DNA from: Candidatus Eiseniibacteriota bacterium
GTDB lineage: Bacteria; Eisenbacteria; RBG-16-71-46
Length of the DNA stretch: 64,000 nt
Assembly: GCA_963717505.1 (NCBI GenBank)
Contig: OY970342.1
Coordinates: 1,856,001 to 1,920,000, forward strand
Reading direction: 5' to 3'
Under the pieces are notes generated by a model. That model made no database searches and was not told the origin of the DNA. It saw only the letters and a list, made by a program, of their open reading frames with translations. The translations under genes were made by a program, and so were the position numbers. Positions 1 to 9,588 of this stretch are shown piece after piece (position 1 is the first letter of the stretch; the number at the start of each line of letters is the position of its first letter).

Positions 1-1866
1 CCGATAGACGTTCTCCATCCCGATTCCTCGGTTGCGCGGGAACACGATCTCCTGGACCAGCGACACCACTTCGTCGGTCTTGGTCTGGTTGTCCCAGGAG
101 TAGTCGACTTCGTAGTAGTTCGGGAAGTGGATCCCGGTGTACCACTGGTTCTCCTTGGCCCACAGGTGTGGGTTGAACCACGCCGCGTACGCGCGGATGT
201 CGGTGCGCTGGATGAATCCCATGTCCGCCTGGAAGTCGGGCGAGGTGCCGCGGACCTCGAAGCCGGTGTTGAGCGGCCGCGAGTCGCGCGCCACCGACGC
301 GTAATAGGCGTCGCCCTGGGTCTCCTGTCCGGTCAGGCCGCCCAAGTCGGGCGGCAGCGAGCCAGGCGGGACTGACGAGAAGTCCTGCGCGCGGTCCCAG
401 CTGTGCGCGCCCTGGAACGTCAGGCTGAACTTGTCGGCCCAGCTCAGGCGGCCGTCGGCCGCCGCGACCCGGTTGTACTCGTCGTCGAGCGTGCGATCGG
501 CGCCGAACACTCCGACGTAGCTGCTCTTGAACACGTCACGGCGCAGGCGCCCGATGTTGAACACCGCGTTCTGATCCGAGTAGGGGTTCGCGGGATCCGG
601 CAGGCCGTCGATGCTCTCGCCCGAGCTGCGATCCGCAGAGCTGAGGACCCCGAAGGACATGCGACGGAGCTTGCCGCTGAGCTTGCCGCCGTACAGCGGG
701 TCCACGATCTGCCGGGTGTACATCAGGTTGATCGGCATGGTGAAGATGTCGCTGCCCTCCAGGAAGAAAGGGCGTTTTTCCGGATAGAAGATCGCGAAGC
801 GCTCGTTGATGTCGACCACACCGGCGTCCGCCTCGATCTGGCTGAAGTCGGGGGTGACGGTCAGGTCGGCGATCAAGTTGCTGGTCAGGCCGACTTTGGC
901 GTCGAGCCCGGCGCGACCCTCGGGATCTCCGTAGTCCATGCCGCTCGGCGACGACTCGGCCGCCGTCGTCGTGGTGTAGGTCGGCGTGATCTGGATGTTG
1001 CGCCCGGGGCGCACGCCCTGGAGCCCACTCATGCTGCCGATCTGCGTGTGGTAGCTGTTGATGTTGCGCGACACCGGTGACCAGTACATGTGGATGCCGT
1101 CGCGCCGGATGTCGCGGATCGCCTGGAAGCCGAACGTGACGTCCTGGCCCGGCTGGAAGCGCAGCGTGGTGAACGGGATCGCCATCTCGACGTCATAGCC
1201 GTCGTCGGTCACCCGGCCCTTACTGGTGTACTGGAAGTCGGGCGCCATGTCGCTGTCGCGGCCCTCCTGGTCGACACCGTCCATCTGAATGCCGGCCGGG
1301 TTCGAGCACAGGAAGAACGAGCGCTGCTTGTCGTTGTAGGTGTCGATCGAGACGCCAACCCAGTCGCCCTGCCACACCTGGTCGCGTGGCACGATCGGCG
1401 CCTGCACCTTGCGGGGATCGTCGCCGGCATGGAACGCGATGTAGAGATTCTTGTCGTCGTAGAGCACGAGTGTGACCGTGCCCAGCGTGTCCTTGACCCC
1501 TTCGACCGGACGGTTGTGGGTGAACGCCTCGAGCAGCGCCGCACGTTCCCAGACCGCGTCGTCGAGCACGCCGTCGACGTTGGGCGGCGTGTCGGTGCGC
1601 GGGGCGCGGAGCTTGGTCATGCTGTCGGCGCCGGCGAGTCTCAGGGTCGCCCGCATCCAGGGCACGGCCGAGATGGTCGACGAAGGCACGACCACGCTCG
1701 CGAGCAAGGTGGAGTCCGTGGTCGCTGCGGTCCTGACGGTCGGGGCGGCCGAGGTCGAGTCCTGAGCGCCGGCGTCCGGCGCCAGGTCCAAGGCGAATAG
1801 GCAGGAAAGCGCCAGTACCGTTCGCGGATCCAAAGCGCGGGTGCGGGCGGGAGCGTGCGGCTTCAC
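1..1866 (-). CDS. Secreted CBM9-like / DUF5916 domain protein; 3' end runs off the window start
   Basis: Missing from the ORF track because it has no stop in the window. Manual translation from GTG at 1866 (GGAGG upstream) gives a signal-like N-terminus, then PNVDGVLDDAVW, VLYDDKNLYIAF, VSIDTYNDKQRSF and GYDVEMAIPFTTLRF, typical of CBM9-like/DUF5916 proteins. Confidence 0.8.
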   Translation of the reverse strand, partial: MKPHAPARTRALDPRTVLALSCLFALDLAPDAGAQDSTSAAPTVRTAATTDSTLLASVVVPSSTISAVPWMRATLRLAGADSMTKLRAPRTDTPPNVDGVLDDAVWERAALLEAFTHNRPVEGVKDTLGTVTLVLYDDKNLYIAFHAGDDPRKVQAPIVPRDQVWQGDWVGVSIDTYNDKQRSFFLCSNPAGIQMDGVDQEGRDSDMAPDFQYTSKGRVTDDGYDVEMAIPFTTLRFQPGQDVTFGFQAIRDIRRDGIHMYWSPVSRNINSYHTQIGSMSGLQGVRPGRNIQITPTYTTTTAAESSPSGMDYGDPEGRAGLDAKVGLTSNLIADLTVTPDFSQIEADAGVVDINERFAIFYPEKRPFFLEGSDIFTMPINLMYTRQIVDPLYGGKLSGKLRRMSFGVLSSADRSSGESIDGLPDPANPYSDQNAVFNIGRLRRDVFKSSYVGVFGADRTLDDEYNRVAAADGRLSWADKFSLTFQGAHSWDRAQDFSSVPPGSLPPDLGGLTGQETQGDAYYASVARDSRPLNTGFEVRGTSPDFQADMGFIQRTDIRAYAAWFNPHLWAKENQWYTGIHFPNYYEVDYSWDNQTKTDEVVSLVQEIVFPRNRGIGMENVYR

Positions 1867-2062
1867 GGCGGTCCTCCAGCAAGTGCGAAGTGGCGTATGC
1901 GTGCCGAGGCGACGCAGATTCCGATACGGCAAGCTAGGCGAAACGTTGCTAGCGGTTATCAAGCCTGGGAAAGAACCTGCGACCGCGGGGGATTCCACCG
2001 ACGAAAGCGGCGAATTCGTCCGACGGGCGCGCTCACCGGGGTGGCTGCGGCCGTTTTCCTGG

Positions 2063-2091
2063 TTGCGAGGTGCCGGGGCCGCTCCTAGAAT
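2063..2091 (+). promoter_or_regulatory. Putative sigma70-type promoter of the amidohydrolase operon
   Basis: TTGCGA-N17-TAGAAT, about 50 bp upstream of ATG 2142. Confidence 0.45.
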
Positions 2092-2141
2092 CGCGGCCTT
2101 CCGCTCCACCCCAACGTCACTTCCTGAAGCCTGGAGTCCTC

Positions 2142-5100
2142 ATGGAATCGCTTGCCTGCCGCCGGCTGGCGCCGGCCGTCGCGTTTGCTTGCCTGATCAT
2201 TTCCGGGAGCGCCACCGCCGGTCCGTCGAAGGGCGCACACGCCATCGTCAACGCCCGTATCGTACTCGCTCCGGGCAAGGTGATCGAGCGTGGCACGATC
2301 GTCGTGCGTGACGGCATGGTCATGGCCGTGGGCGCCAACATCGCGGTCCCGGACGATGCCCGCGTATGGAACGGCGACAGCCTGACGGTCTATTCGGGCA
2401 TGATCGAATCGTTCTGGGATGCGCCCGAGCGCGGAGGGTCGCCGCGGCCTCAAGGTGGCGGATTCCCGCCGGCGGTCGCGCCGACCGAGCCCGTGCTCGG
2501 CGCGACGCATCCTCTGCCGTGCGTCACACCCGAGCGGCGGGTAGCCGAGGATGTTCCCGCGGTCGCCGAGTCGCTGGCCGCGCTGCGGCGCGCGGGCTTC
2601 GCGGTGGCGCACCTGGTGCCGGGCCACGGGATCATCCGCGGGCAGAGCGCCGTGGCCGGGCTCGCCAGCGTCGGCAAGAACGACGCCGTGCTCAAGAGCG
2701 ACGTGGCGCAGATCCTGTCCATGGAGCAGCAGCCGAGCGGCTATCCGAACTCGACCATGGGCGTGGTCGCGGTCATGCGCCAGGCATTTCTGGATGCTCG
2801 CTGGTACGAAGACGTGTGGGCACGCTACCGGCGCCAGCCGGCGGGCAAGCCCAAGCCGATGACCAACGTCGCGTGGGCCGCCCTCGGGACCGTGGTCTCG
2901 GGAAGTCAGCCGGTGTTCATCGAAACCGCCGGCATGCTCGAGGCGTTGCGTGCGGCCGCCGTTGCGCGCGAGGCGCGGGTGACGGCGCGGATCGTCGGGA
3001 GCGGTGACGAGTACAAGCGCGTCAAGGACATCGCCGCGACCGGCATGCCGCTGATCATTCCGGTGAACTACCCGGATGCGCCCGAGTTCGAGACCGCCGA
3101 TGACGCCCTCGAAGTCTCGACTCCGGACCTGCGGCACTGGAGCAACGCCCCGGGCAACGCGGCGGCGCTGGCCAAAGCCGGCGCCCGCTTCGCCCTGAGC
3201 GCCAAAGGGCTCAAGGACCCAACCGGATTCCGGGCGGCGGTGGCCAAGGCCATCGATCGCGGTCTGTCGCGCGACGTGGCGCTCGCGGCCGTGACCACCG
3301 TCCCTGCCGAGCTGCTCGGCCTATCCGATCGCCTCGGCACGATTGCCGCCGGCAAGGCGGCCACGTTCACGGTGACGCGCGGCGAGTTGTTCGATTCGAC
3401 CTCCAAGGTCGTTGAAGTCTGGGTGGACGGCGTGCGGCAGGCAGCGGCGGCGGCCGAAGACGTGCCCAGCCCCAAGGGCAATTGGGATCTGGCGTGGGGA
3501 AGCCAACGCGCCCGGTTGATCGTTCAGGTCACCCCGGATACCAGCGTCAAGCTGGTGATGGGCAGCGACACACTGGTGGCGAACGGGCCGCGGGTGGAAC
3601 GGGAGCGAGTTCAGTTCACGGCTCGGCTCAAGGATGGTCTTGCCGACTTCGACCTGAGTGCCCGCGACGAACGCCTGCTCGGCGACGTGGATCGCACGCC
3701 CAAGCAGGTCGTGGCAGTGCGCGCTCCCGAGAGTGCCGCCAAGGGCGAAAAGACGGTCGCCAAACCGACACCGGGAGCACAGCCCGCCGCTGTCGTCGTG
3801 ATGGGCGACGTCGAGGCGTGGCGCGCGCAGCCTCCAGCCCAGCCGGCCGCGATCTTGGTGCGCAATGCCACGATCTGGACGGTTGGCCCTCAAGGCACGA
3901 TCGAGAATGCCGACCTGCTGGTTCGTGGCGGCAAGATCTCGGCGGTGGGAGCGAATCTCAAGGCGCCTTCGGGCGCGATCGTGATCGACGGCGCCGGCAA
4001 ACACGTCATGCCCGGGATCCTCGACGCCCACAGTCACTCGGCGATCCTGGGCCAGGTCAACGAGTGCACCAACATCGTCACCGCTGAGGTCCGGGTTGCC
4101 GATGTGGTCAACTCCGAAAGCATCGAGATCTACCGGCAGCTCGCGGGCGGGACGACGATCATGCACCTGCTGCATGGCTCGTGTAACTCGATCGGCGGGC
4201 AATGCGCGGTGATCAAGAATCGTTGGGGCGAGGCGCCCGACCGGATGCTGATGGCGGCGCCGCCGACCATCAAGTTCGCTCTCGGCGAGAATCCGAAGCG
4301 CTCGAGTGTGTCCGGCAGCGCGGTGCCGCGCCGCTATCCCGACACGCGCGCGGGTGTCGAACAGTCGATTCGCGACGCGTTCACGCGGGCGCGTGACTAC
4401 GGACTGGCGCAGGAAGAGTGGACCAAGGGCCGCCGCCCGGCGCCGCCGCGCCGCGACCTGCAGCTCGACGCCGTGCTCGAGATTCTCAGGGGCCAGCGGA
4501 TGATCCATGCGCACTCCTACCGCCAGGACGAGATCCTGGCCCTGCTGCGGCTGTGCGAGGAGTTCGGCGTCACCCTGCAGACCCTCCAGCACATCCTCGA
4601 GGGCTACAAGGTCGCCGACGAGATGGCGAGCCACGGTGCTTCGGCCAGCGCGTTCAGCGATTGGTGGGCGTACAAATTCGAGGTGATCGACGCGATCCCG
4701 TACAACGGCTATCTGATGTGGGACCGGGGCGTGACCGTCTCCTACAACTCCGACAGCAACGACCTGGCGCGCCGGCTCAACACCGAAGCCGCCAAGGCGA
4801 TCAAGTACGGCGGTGTCCCGCCCGAGGAAGCGATCAAGTTCGTCACGCTCAATCCGGCACAGCAGCTCAAGATCGCCGACCGCGTCGGCTCCCTGGAGCC
4901 GGGCAAGGACGCCGACTTCTCGATCTGGAGCGGGACGCCACTGTCGCCCTATTCGCTGTGCGAACAGACCTGGATCGAGGGGCGCAAGTACTTCGATCGC
5001 GCCGCCGATCTGGCCGGCCGCGAGTCGCTGGCCAAAGAGCGCGAGTCGCTGGTGACCAAGGCGCGCGCCGCGGCGAAGCCGGCGGAAGGCGCCCGCGCGG

Positions 5101-5174
5101 GCGGAAGGCGTTTCGGTTATCTCGAGGAAGCCCAGCACGACGGCAGCTTCTGCGAAGAGGAGGGCGGACGATGA
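2142..5174 (+). CDS. Secreted two-domain amidohydrolase family protein
   Basis: Signal peptide and two amidohydrolase-like modules. The C-terminal module has PGILDAHSH, HAHSYR, NSDS and GSLEPGKDADF. ATG 2142 follows GGAG. Confidence 0.85.
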   Translation: MESLACRRLAPAVAFACLIISGSATAGPSKGAHAIVNARIVLAPGKVIERGTIVVRDGMVMAVGANIAVPDDARVWNGDSLTVYSGMIESFWDAPERGGSPRPQGGGFPPAVAPTEPVLGATHPLPCVTPERRVAEDVPAVAESLAALRRAGFAVAHLVPGHGIIRGQSAVAGLASVGKNDAVLKSDVAQILSMEQQPSGYPNSTMGVVAVMRQAFLDARWYEDVWARYRRQPAGKPKPMTNVAWAALGTVVSGSQPVFIETAGMLEALRAAAVAREARVTARIVGSGDEYKRVKDIAATGMPLIIPVNYPDAPEFETADDALEVSTPDLRHWSNAPGNAAALAKAGARFALSAKGLKDPTGFRAAVAKAIDRGLSRDVALAAVTTVPAELLGLSDRLGTIAAGKAATFTVTRGELFDSTSKVVEVWVDGVRQAAAAAEDVPSPKGNWDLAWGSQRARLIVQVTPDTSVKLVMGSDTLVANGPRVERERVQFTARLKDGLADFDLSARDERLLGDVDRTPKQVVAVRAPESAAKGEKTVAKPTPGAQPAAVVVMGDVEAWRAQPPAQPAAILVRNATIWTVGPQGTIENADLLVRGGKISAVGANLKAPSGAIVIDGAGKHVMPGILDAHSHSAILGQVNECTNIVTAEVRVADVVNSESIEIYRQLAGGTTIMHLLHGSCNSIGGQCAVIKNRWGEAPDRMLMAAPPTIKFALGENPKRSSVSGSAVPRRYPDTRAGVEQSIRDAFTRARDYGLAQEEWTKGRRPAPPRRDLQLDAVLEILRGQRMIHAHSYRQDEILALLRLCEEFGVTLQTLQHILEGYKVADEMASHGASASAFSDWWAYKFEVIDAIPYNGYLMWDRGVTVSYNSDSNDLARRLNTEAAKAIKYGGVPPEEAIKFVTLNPAQQLKIADRVGSLEPGKDADFSIWSGTPLSPYSLCEQTWIEGRKYFDRAADLAGRESLAKERESLVTKARAAAKPAEGARAGGRRFGYLEEAQHDGSFCEEEGGR

Positions 5175-6526
5175 GCCGGAGTCTGGATCTTCAGGGGCTC
5201 GGGAGCCACGGACTCCGGAGCGGCTTGCTGGCGATGTGGATGGTCGTCGGCGCGGGATTCGTTTCCGCCGAGACGATCGTGCTCACCGACGCCACGGTGC
5301 ACACGGTCAGCGGACCGGTGCTCGAGGACGCTTCGGTCGTGATTCGCGACGGGGTGATCGGCGAAGTCGGCGCCAGTGTCGCGATTCCCGCCGGGGCGCG
5401 GGTGATCTCGTGCTCGGGTAAGCACGTTTATCCCGGGTTCATCTCGCCCAATTCGGTGCTCGGTCTGACCGAGATCTCGAGCGTCCCGGGCAGCAACGAC
5501 GATCGCGAGATGGGAGAGATCAATCCCAACATCAGTGCCGAGATCATGATCAATCCCGACAGCGACCTGCTCCCGGTGGCCCGGGTGAATGGAGTGACCA
5601 GCGCGCTGGTCATGCCGCGCGGCGGACTGATCGCCGGCACCGCGGCATTGATTCATCTGGCGGGCTGGACGCACGAGGACATGACCGTGCTCGGCCCGGC
5701 GGGCCTGCTGGTCCAGTGGCCGCCGCTCAACCAGGCGCCGGGGGGATTCGGTGGGGGTGGAGCCCAGCGTCCCGAGGCCGCCCGTAAGCAACGCGACCAG
5801 TCGATCGCGGCGCTGCGCGATGCGTTCGAGCAGGCGCGCGCCTACAACCGTGCCCGCGGCGCCGAAGGCAAGGCCGGCATTCCCCGACACGACGGCGACG
5901 TGCGCTGGGAGGCGATGGCCAAAGCGCTGCGCGGGGAGATTCCGGTGATCCTGCGGGCGTCGACGCTCGCGCAGATCCGGGGCGCGCTCAACTTCGCCGA
6001 CGAGATGCAGCTCCAGCGCGTGATTCTCCTGGGTGGCCAGGATGCCTGGCGGATCGGCGACGAGCTCAAGCGCCGCAAGATTCCGGTGATCGTCAACGGC
6101 GTGCTCGATCCGCCGACTCGGATGCACGACGGTTACGACGCGCGCTACAGCGGGCCGGCGCGGTTGCACGCCGCGGGCGTGACGTTCTGTATCGGCGACG
6201 ACGGCGGGCGCGACGAGGCGGCGAACGCGCGCAACCTGCCGTACCACGCGGGCGCCGCCGCGGCGTACGGTTTGCCCCGAGACGAAGCGCTCAAGGCGGT
6301 CACGCTCTATGCGGCCCAGATTCTCGGCGTCGGAGATCGGCTAGGCTCGATCGAGCCGGGCAAGCAGGCCGACCTGTTCGTGTGCGACGGCGACCCGCTC
6401 GAGATCACTACCAAGGTCGAGCGGGTGTTCATCGCCGGGCAGGAAATGTCGATGGAAACCCGCCACACCCGGCTGTTCGAGAAGTACGACGCCCGGCCCA
6501 AGGGGGCGAAGGCCCGTCCGCGTTAG
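5171..6526 (+). CDS. Amidohydrolase family protein, probably non-catalytic partner
   Basis: ATGA overlap with the upstream gene. GKHVYPGF and GSIEPGKQADL motifs are present, but the HxH metal motif is replaced by SPNS. Confidence 0.85.
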   Translation: MSRSLDLQGLGSHGLRSGLLAMWMVVGAGFVSAETIVLTDATVHTVSGPVLEDASVVIRDGVIGEVGASVAIPAGARVISCSGKHVYPGFISPNSVLGLTEISSVPGSNDDREMGEINPNISAEIMINPDSDLLPVARVNGVTSALVMPRGGLIAGTAALIHLAGWTHEDMTVLGPAGLLVQWPPLNQAPGGFGGGGAQRPEAARKQRDQSIAALRDAFEQARAYNRARGAEGKAGIPRHDGDVRWEAMAKALRGEIPVILRASTLAQIRGALNFADEMQLQRVILLGGQDAWRIGDELKRRKIPVIVNGVLDPPTRMHDGYDARYSGPARLHAAGVTFCIGDDGGRDEAANARNLPYHAGAAAAYGLPRDEALKAVTLYAAQILGVGDRLGSIEPGKQADLFVCDGDPLEITTKVERVFIAGQEMSMETRHTRLFEKYDARPKGAKARPR

Positions 6527-6529
6527 CCT

Positions 6530-6558
6530 TTGACCGGTCCGGCGACCGGGCGTAGGCT
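6530..6558 (+). promoter_or_regulatory. Putative sigma70-type promoter of the kinase operon
   Basis: TTGACC-N17-TAGGCT, nearly identical to the boxes at 31240-31268. Confidence 0.5.
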
Positions 6559-6680
6559 TCGCACGCATTCTCCACACAGGATGTTGGTCGATCGAGGCCG
6601 CGACCGAGCCTGCGCACAGCAACTCCCCTGCGCCTGCGGGCTGTGACACGACCCGCCCCGATCGCAGACGAGGTGACGCA

Positions 6681-9170
6681 ATGCAGGGCCGCCGCTTGGG
6701 TCGCTACCGGATCCTCGAGCCTTTGGGCGAGGGGGGAATGGGTAGCGTTTGGCGCGCCGACGATGAACTCCTTGGCCGTGCCGTCGCGGTCAAGCTCCTG
6801 CCCGACAATCTGGCCGACTCTCCGCAGGCCAGAAGGCGCTTCCTGCGCGAAGCGCGACTGGTGTCGGTCCTGGACCACCCGGGGCTGGTCACGCTCTACG
6901 AGGCCGGCGAGGAAGACGGCCGCCTGTTTCTCGTCTTCGCGCTGATCGAAGGGCGAACCGTTCGCGAACTGCTTCGCGGTGGACCGATGCTCACTGCCGA
7001 TGCCGTACGCATTGCCACCGAGGCCGCCGAAGCGCTGGGGCACGCCCATGCCCGGGGCGTCGTTCACCGGGACATCTCGCCCGGCAATCTCATGGTCAAC
7101 CGCGAGGGCCGGACGGTGGTCATCGACTTCGGGCTCGCCCTGGGAGCCAACACGTCCCGCATCACCTCGTCGAGCGCCACCGTGGGCACCGCACCCTACA
7201 TGCCTCCCGAAGTCATCAGCAATTGTCCGATGGACCATCGAGGCGACGTCTACAGTCTGGGAGCCGTGCTGTACGAAATGGTCGTGGGCCGGCCGCCATT
7301 CCGCGCCGACCAGACCGCGGCACTCATCTACTCCGTGCTCCACGACGAGGTTCGTCCGCCTTCGGCATTGCGCAAGGAAGTGGACCCGCGGCTAGATGAC
7401 GTGATCCTCAGGGCGCTGGCCAGGGATCCCGCGGCGCGGTTCGCACGTATCGAGGAGTTCGCCGGCGACCTGCGCGCAACCTCCGGGATCGAGGCGATCG
7501 CCCCGACCGCAAAGCGGCTGGGCCACATGGCCGAGTTCGGCCGCTCCAACGTCGCCATTGCGCGCACCGAGCTGGCGGTCCTGCCGTTTCGCCATGTCGG
7601 CCCGGCGGGTGAAGCGGACGTCGTCGCCGAGCACTTCGCCCGCGGCCTGTCGGACATCGTCAGCGCGGCGTTGGCGCGCTTTGCTCGCTTGCAGATCGTG
7701 CCCCCGGGCCACGAGTCCGCCACCGAAGGCGTGCCGTGGCGCAACCTTGCCCGCCAGCTCGGAGTCCACCTGATCCTGGTGGGAACGGTGCGCAAATCGG
7801 ACACGCACCTGCGTGTGAGCTTCAGTCTGATCGACGGATGGCTGGGGGAACAGGTCGGCGGGGACACCATCGAGGGAACCGCGTCGGATCTGTTCGCATT
7901 CGAAGATCGCCTGGTGGCCGGCATCATTCGTGCGTTGAACCTGGAAGCCGTCGAAACGGTGCGGGTTCCCGCTCTCGCCGCCACCGCGGCGCACGAGAAG
8001 TATCTTCAGGCGCTCGGCTACCTCCAGCGCACCGACAACGAAGCGTCGGTCGATGGCGGCATCCGGCTCCTGGAAGGGCTGATTCACACCGAGGGCTCGG
8101 GTGCACTCCTACAATCGGCCCTGGGGCGCGGGTACCTGCGCAAGTACAATCTGACCTTCGAGCACGAGTGGAAGGACCGCGCCGAGACGTCGTGTCGGAT
8201 GGCGCTGGCGCTGGATCCCCATTCCCCCGATGTCCTGATCACGCTGGGCAGCGTCCTCTACCACTCGGGCCGACACGACGAAGCGGTTGCGGCACTGCAA
8301 CAGTCGCTCGATCTGAATCCGGGCAACGCCGATGCGTGGATCGAGCTGTCGTATGCCCGAGAGGCGCGTGGCGACCTGAGCGGCGCCGAGCACGCCGCGC
8401 TGGAGTCGATCGCACTACGGCCTGGGAGTTGGCGAACCCACGACCGACTGGCGCTCGTGCGGTTCCGGAAGGGTCTGTTCGAGACAGCGGCAGCGGCCTG
8501 GAGTCGGGCCCTCGAGCTCGTCCCGGACAATGCCATGGTCATCACCAATCTCGGATCGGCCTACTTCCACCTGGGACGGCTCGAGGACGCGGAGCGGGAA
8601 TACCGCCGCGCCCTCGGAATTGCCCCGGGCGCCAACACGTTCAGCTACCTGGGAACAGTCCTGTTCTTTACCCAACGGAGCGGTGAAGCCGTGGCCTTGT
8701 TCGAGAAGGCCGTCGCACTGAGACCGAAGGATGCGAGAACGTGGGGAAACCTGGCCGACGCCCAGCGATGGACTCGGGGACTCGACGCCAAGTCGTGCCT
8801 GTCGTTCGAAAGAGCGGTGGTCCTGACCCGTGAGCACTTGGCGGGCAATCCCGCCAGCGCCGAGGACTGGTCCAGGCTCGGCAGGTGGCTGGCCAAACTC
8901 GGCAAAGTCGAGGAGTCGGTGGATGCGACACGCCGAGCGCTCGATCTCGCGCCCGAAATCCTGGCCATCCACAGCCGGGCAGCGACTGTATTCGAGTTGG
9001 CAGGCAACAGAGAGTCAGCAGTCCAAAGTTTCGAGCACGCCCTGACGTCAGGGTACGGCCGCGTCGAGCTGGAGCGGGATCCGGAGCTCGAGCGTCTGCG
9101 ACAGGACCCGCGGGTGGCGAGGTTGTTGAGCACCGGCGGGAACACTGATTCGGGTCCCGGAGGTCGCTGA
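6681..9170 (+). CDS. Hanks-type Ser/Thr protein kinase with TolB-like domain and C-terminal TPR repeats
   Basis: GEGGMG P-loop, VAVK, HRDISPGN, DFG, GTAPYMPPE and DVYSLG; a LAVLPF TolB-N-like segment; multiple TPRs; GAGGTG RBS. Confidence 0.92.
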   Translation: MQGRRLGRYRILEPLGEGGMGSVWRADDELLGRAVAVKLLPDNLADSPQARRRFLREARLVSVLDHPGLVTLYEAGEEDGRLFLVFALIEGRTVRELLRGGPMLTADAVRIATEAAEALGHAHARGVVHRDISPGNLMVNREGRTVVIDFGLALGANTSRITSSSATVGTAPYMPPEVISNCPMDHRGDVYSLGAVLYEMVVGRPPFRADQTAALIYSVLHDEVRPPSALRKEVDPRLDDVILRALARDPAARFARIEEFAGDLRATSGIEAIAPTAKRLGHMAEFGRSNVAIARTELAVLPFRHVGPAGEADVVAEHFARGLSDIVSAALARFARLQIVPPGHESATEGVPWRNLARQLGVHLILVGTVRKSDTHLRVSFSLIDGWLGEQVGGDTIEGTASDLFAFEDRLVAGIIRALNLEAVETVRVPALAATAAHEKYLQALGYLQRTDNEASVDGGIRLLEGLIHTEGSGALLQSALGRGYLRKYNLTFEHEWKDRAETSCRMALALDPHSPDVLITLGSVLYHSGRHDEAVAALQQSLDLNPGNADAWIELSYAREARGDLSGAEHAALESIALRPGSWRTHDRLALVRFRKGLFETAAAAWSRALELVPDNAMVITNLGSAYFHLGRLEDAEREYRRALGIAPGANTFSYLGTVLFFTQRSGEAVALFEKAVALRPKDARTWGNLADAQRWTRGLDAKSCLSFERAVVLTREHLAGNPASAEDWSRLGRWLAKLGKVEESVDATRRALDLAPEILAIHSRAATVFELAGNRESAVQSFEHALTSGYGRVELERDPELERLRQDPRVARLLSTGGNTDSGPGGR

Positions 9171-9174
9171 TGAT

Positions 9175-9579
9175 ATGGCCACGAAAACCGTAACCGTCAC
9201 CGTCAGGCTGAACAACTTCAAGCTGAACATCAACAACATGCGGCCGAAGGCCTTCACGCTTGCGGATGACGAAATCGTCTGGCATTGCTCTAGCGCGCGC
9301 ATGAAGGTCGACTTCAATTATCCCGGGTATTATTCGCCGTTCGACTGGACGTCGAAAATCATTCCAAGGAACACACGGACGCCGTGGACCGTCGAACATC
9401 CGAGAGGTGTCACCAAGTACACGCTGACCATTTATCACGCCGACGGCACGGTGGTCGTGGATCCCGAGGTGGATGCGGATGGCGGGGATCCGGGCCGGCT
9501 GTCGTCCAGGAAGAAGGCATCGAAGAAGAAAGGCGCGAAGAAGAAGGCTGGGAAGAAGTCGGCGCGGAAGCGGAAGTAG
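9175..9579 (+). CDS. Small hypothetical beta-rich protein with Lys-rich (histone H1-like) C-terminal tail
   Basis: 134 aa ORF packed between the kinase and propeller genes. It ends VVVDPEVDADGG...RKKASKKKGAKKKAGKKSARKRK. Confidence 0.75.
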   Translation: MATKTVTVTVRLNNFKLNINNMRPKAFTLADDEIVWHCSSARMKVDFNYPGYYSPFDWTSKIIPRNTRTPWTVEHPRGVTKYTLTIYHADGTVVVDPEVDADGGDPGRLSSRKKASKKKGAKKKAGKKSARKRK

Positions 9580-9588
9580 GAGCATGAC

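Noticed and set aside
127-1800. Plus-strand ORFs 127-375, 403-1080 and 1090-1800
   Set aside because: Antisense shadows of the minus-strand CBM9/DUF5916 gene, which the ORF track missed.
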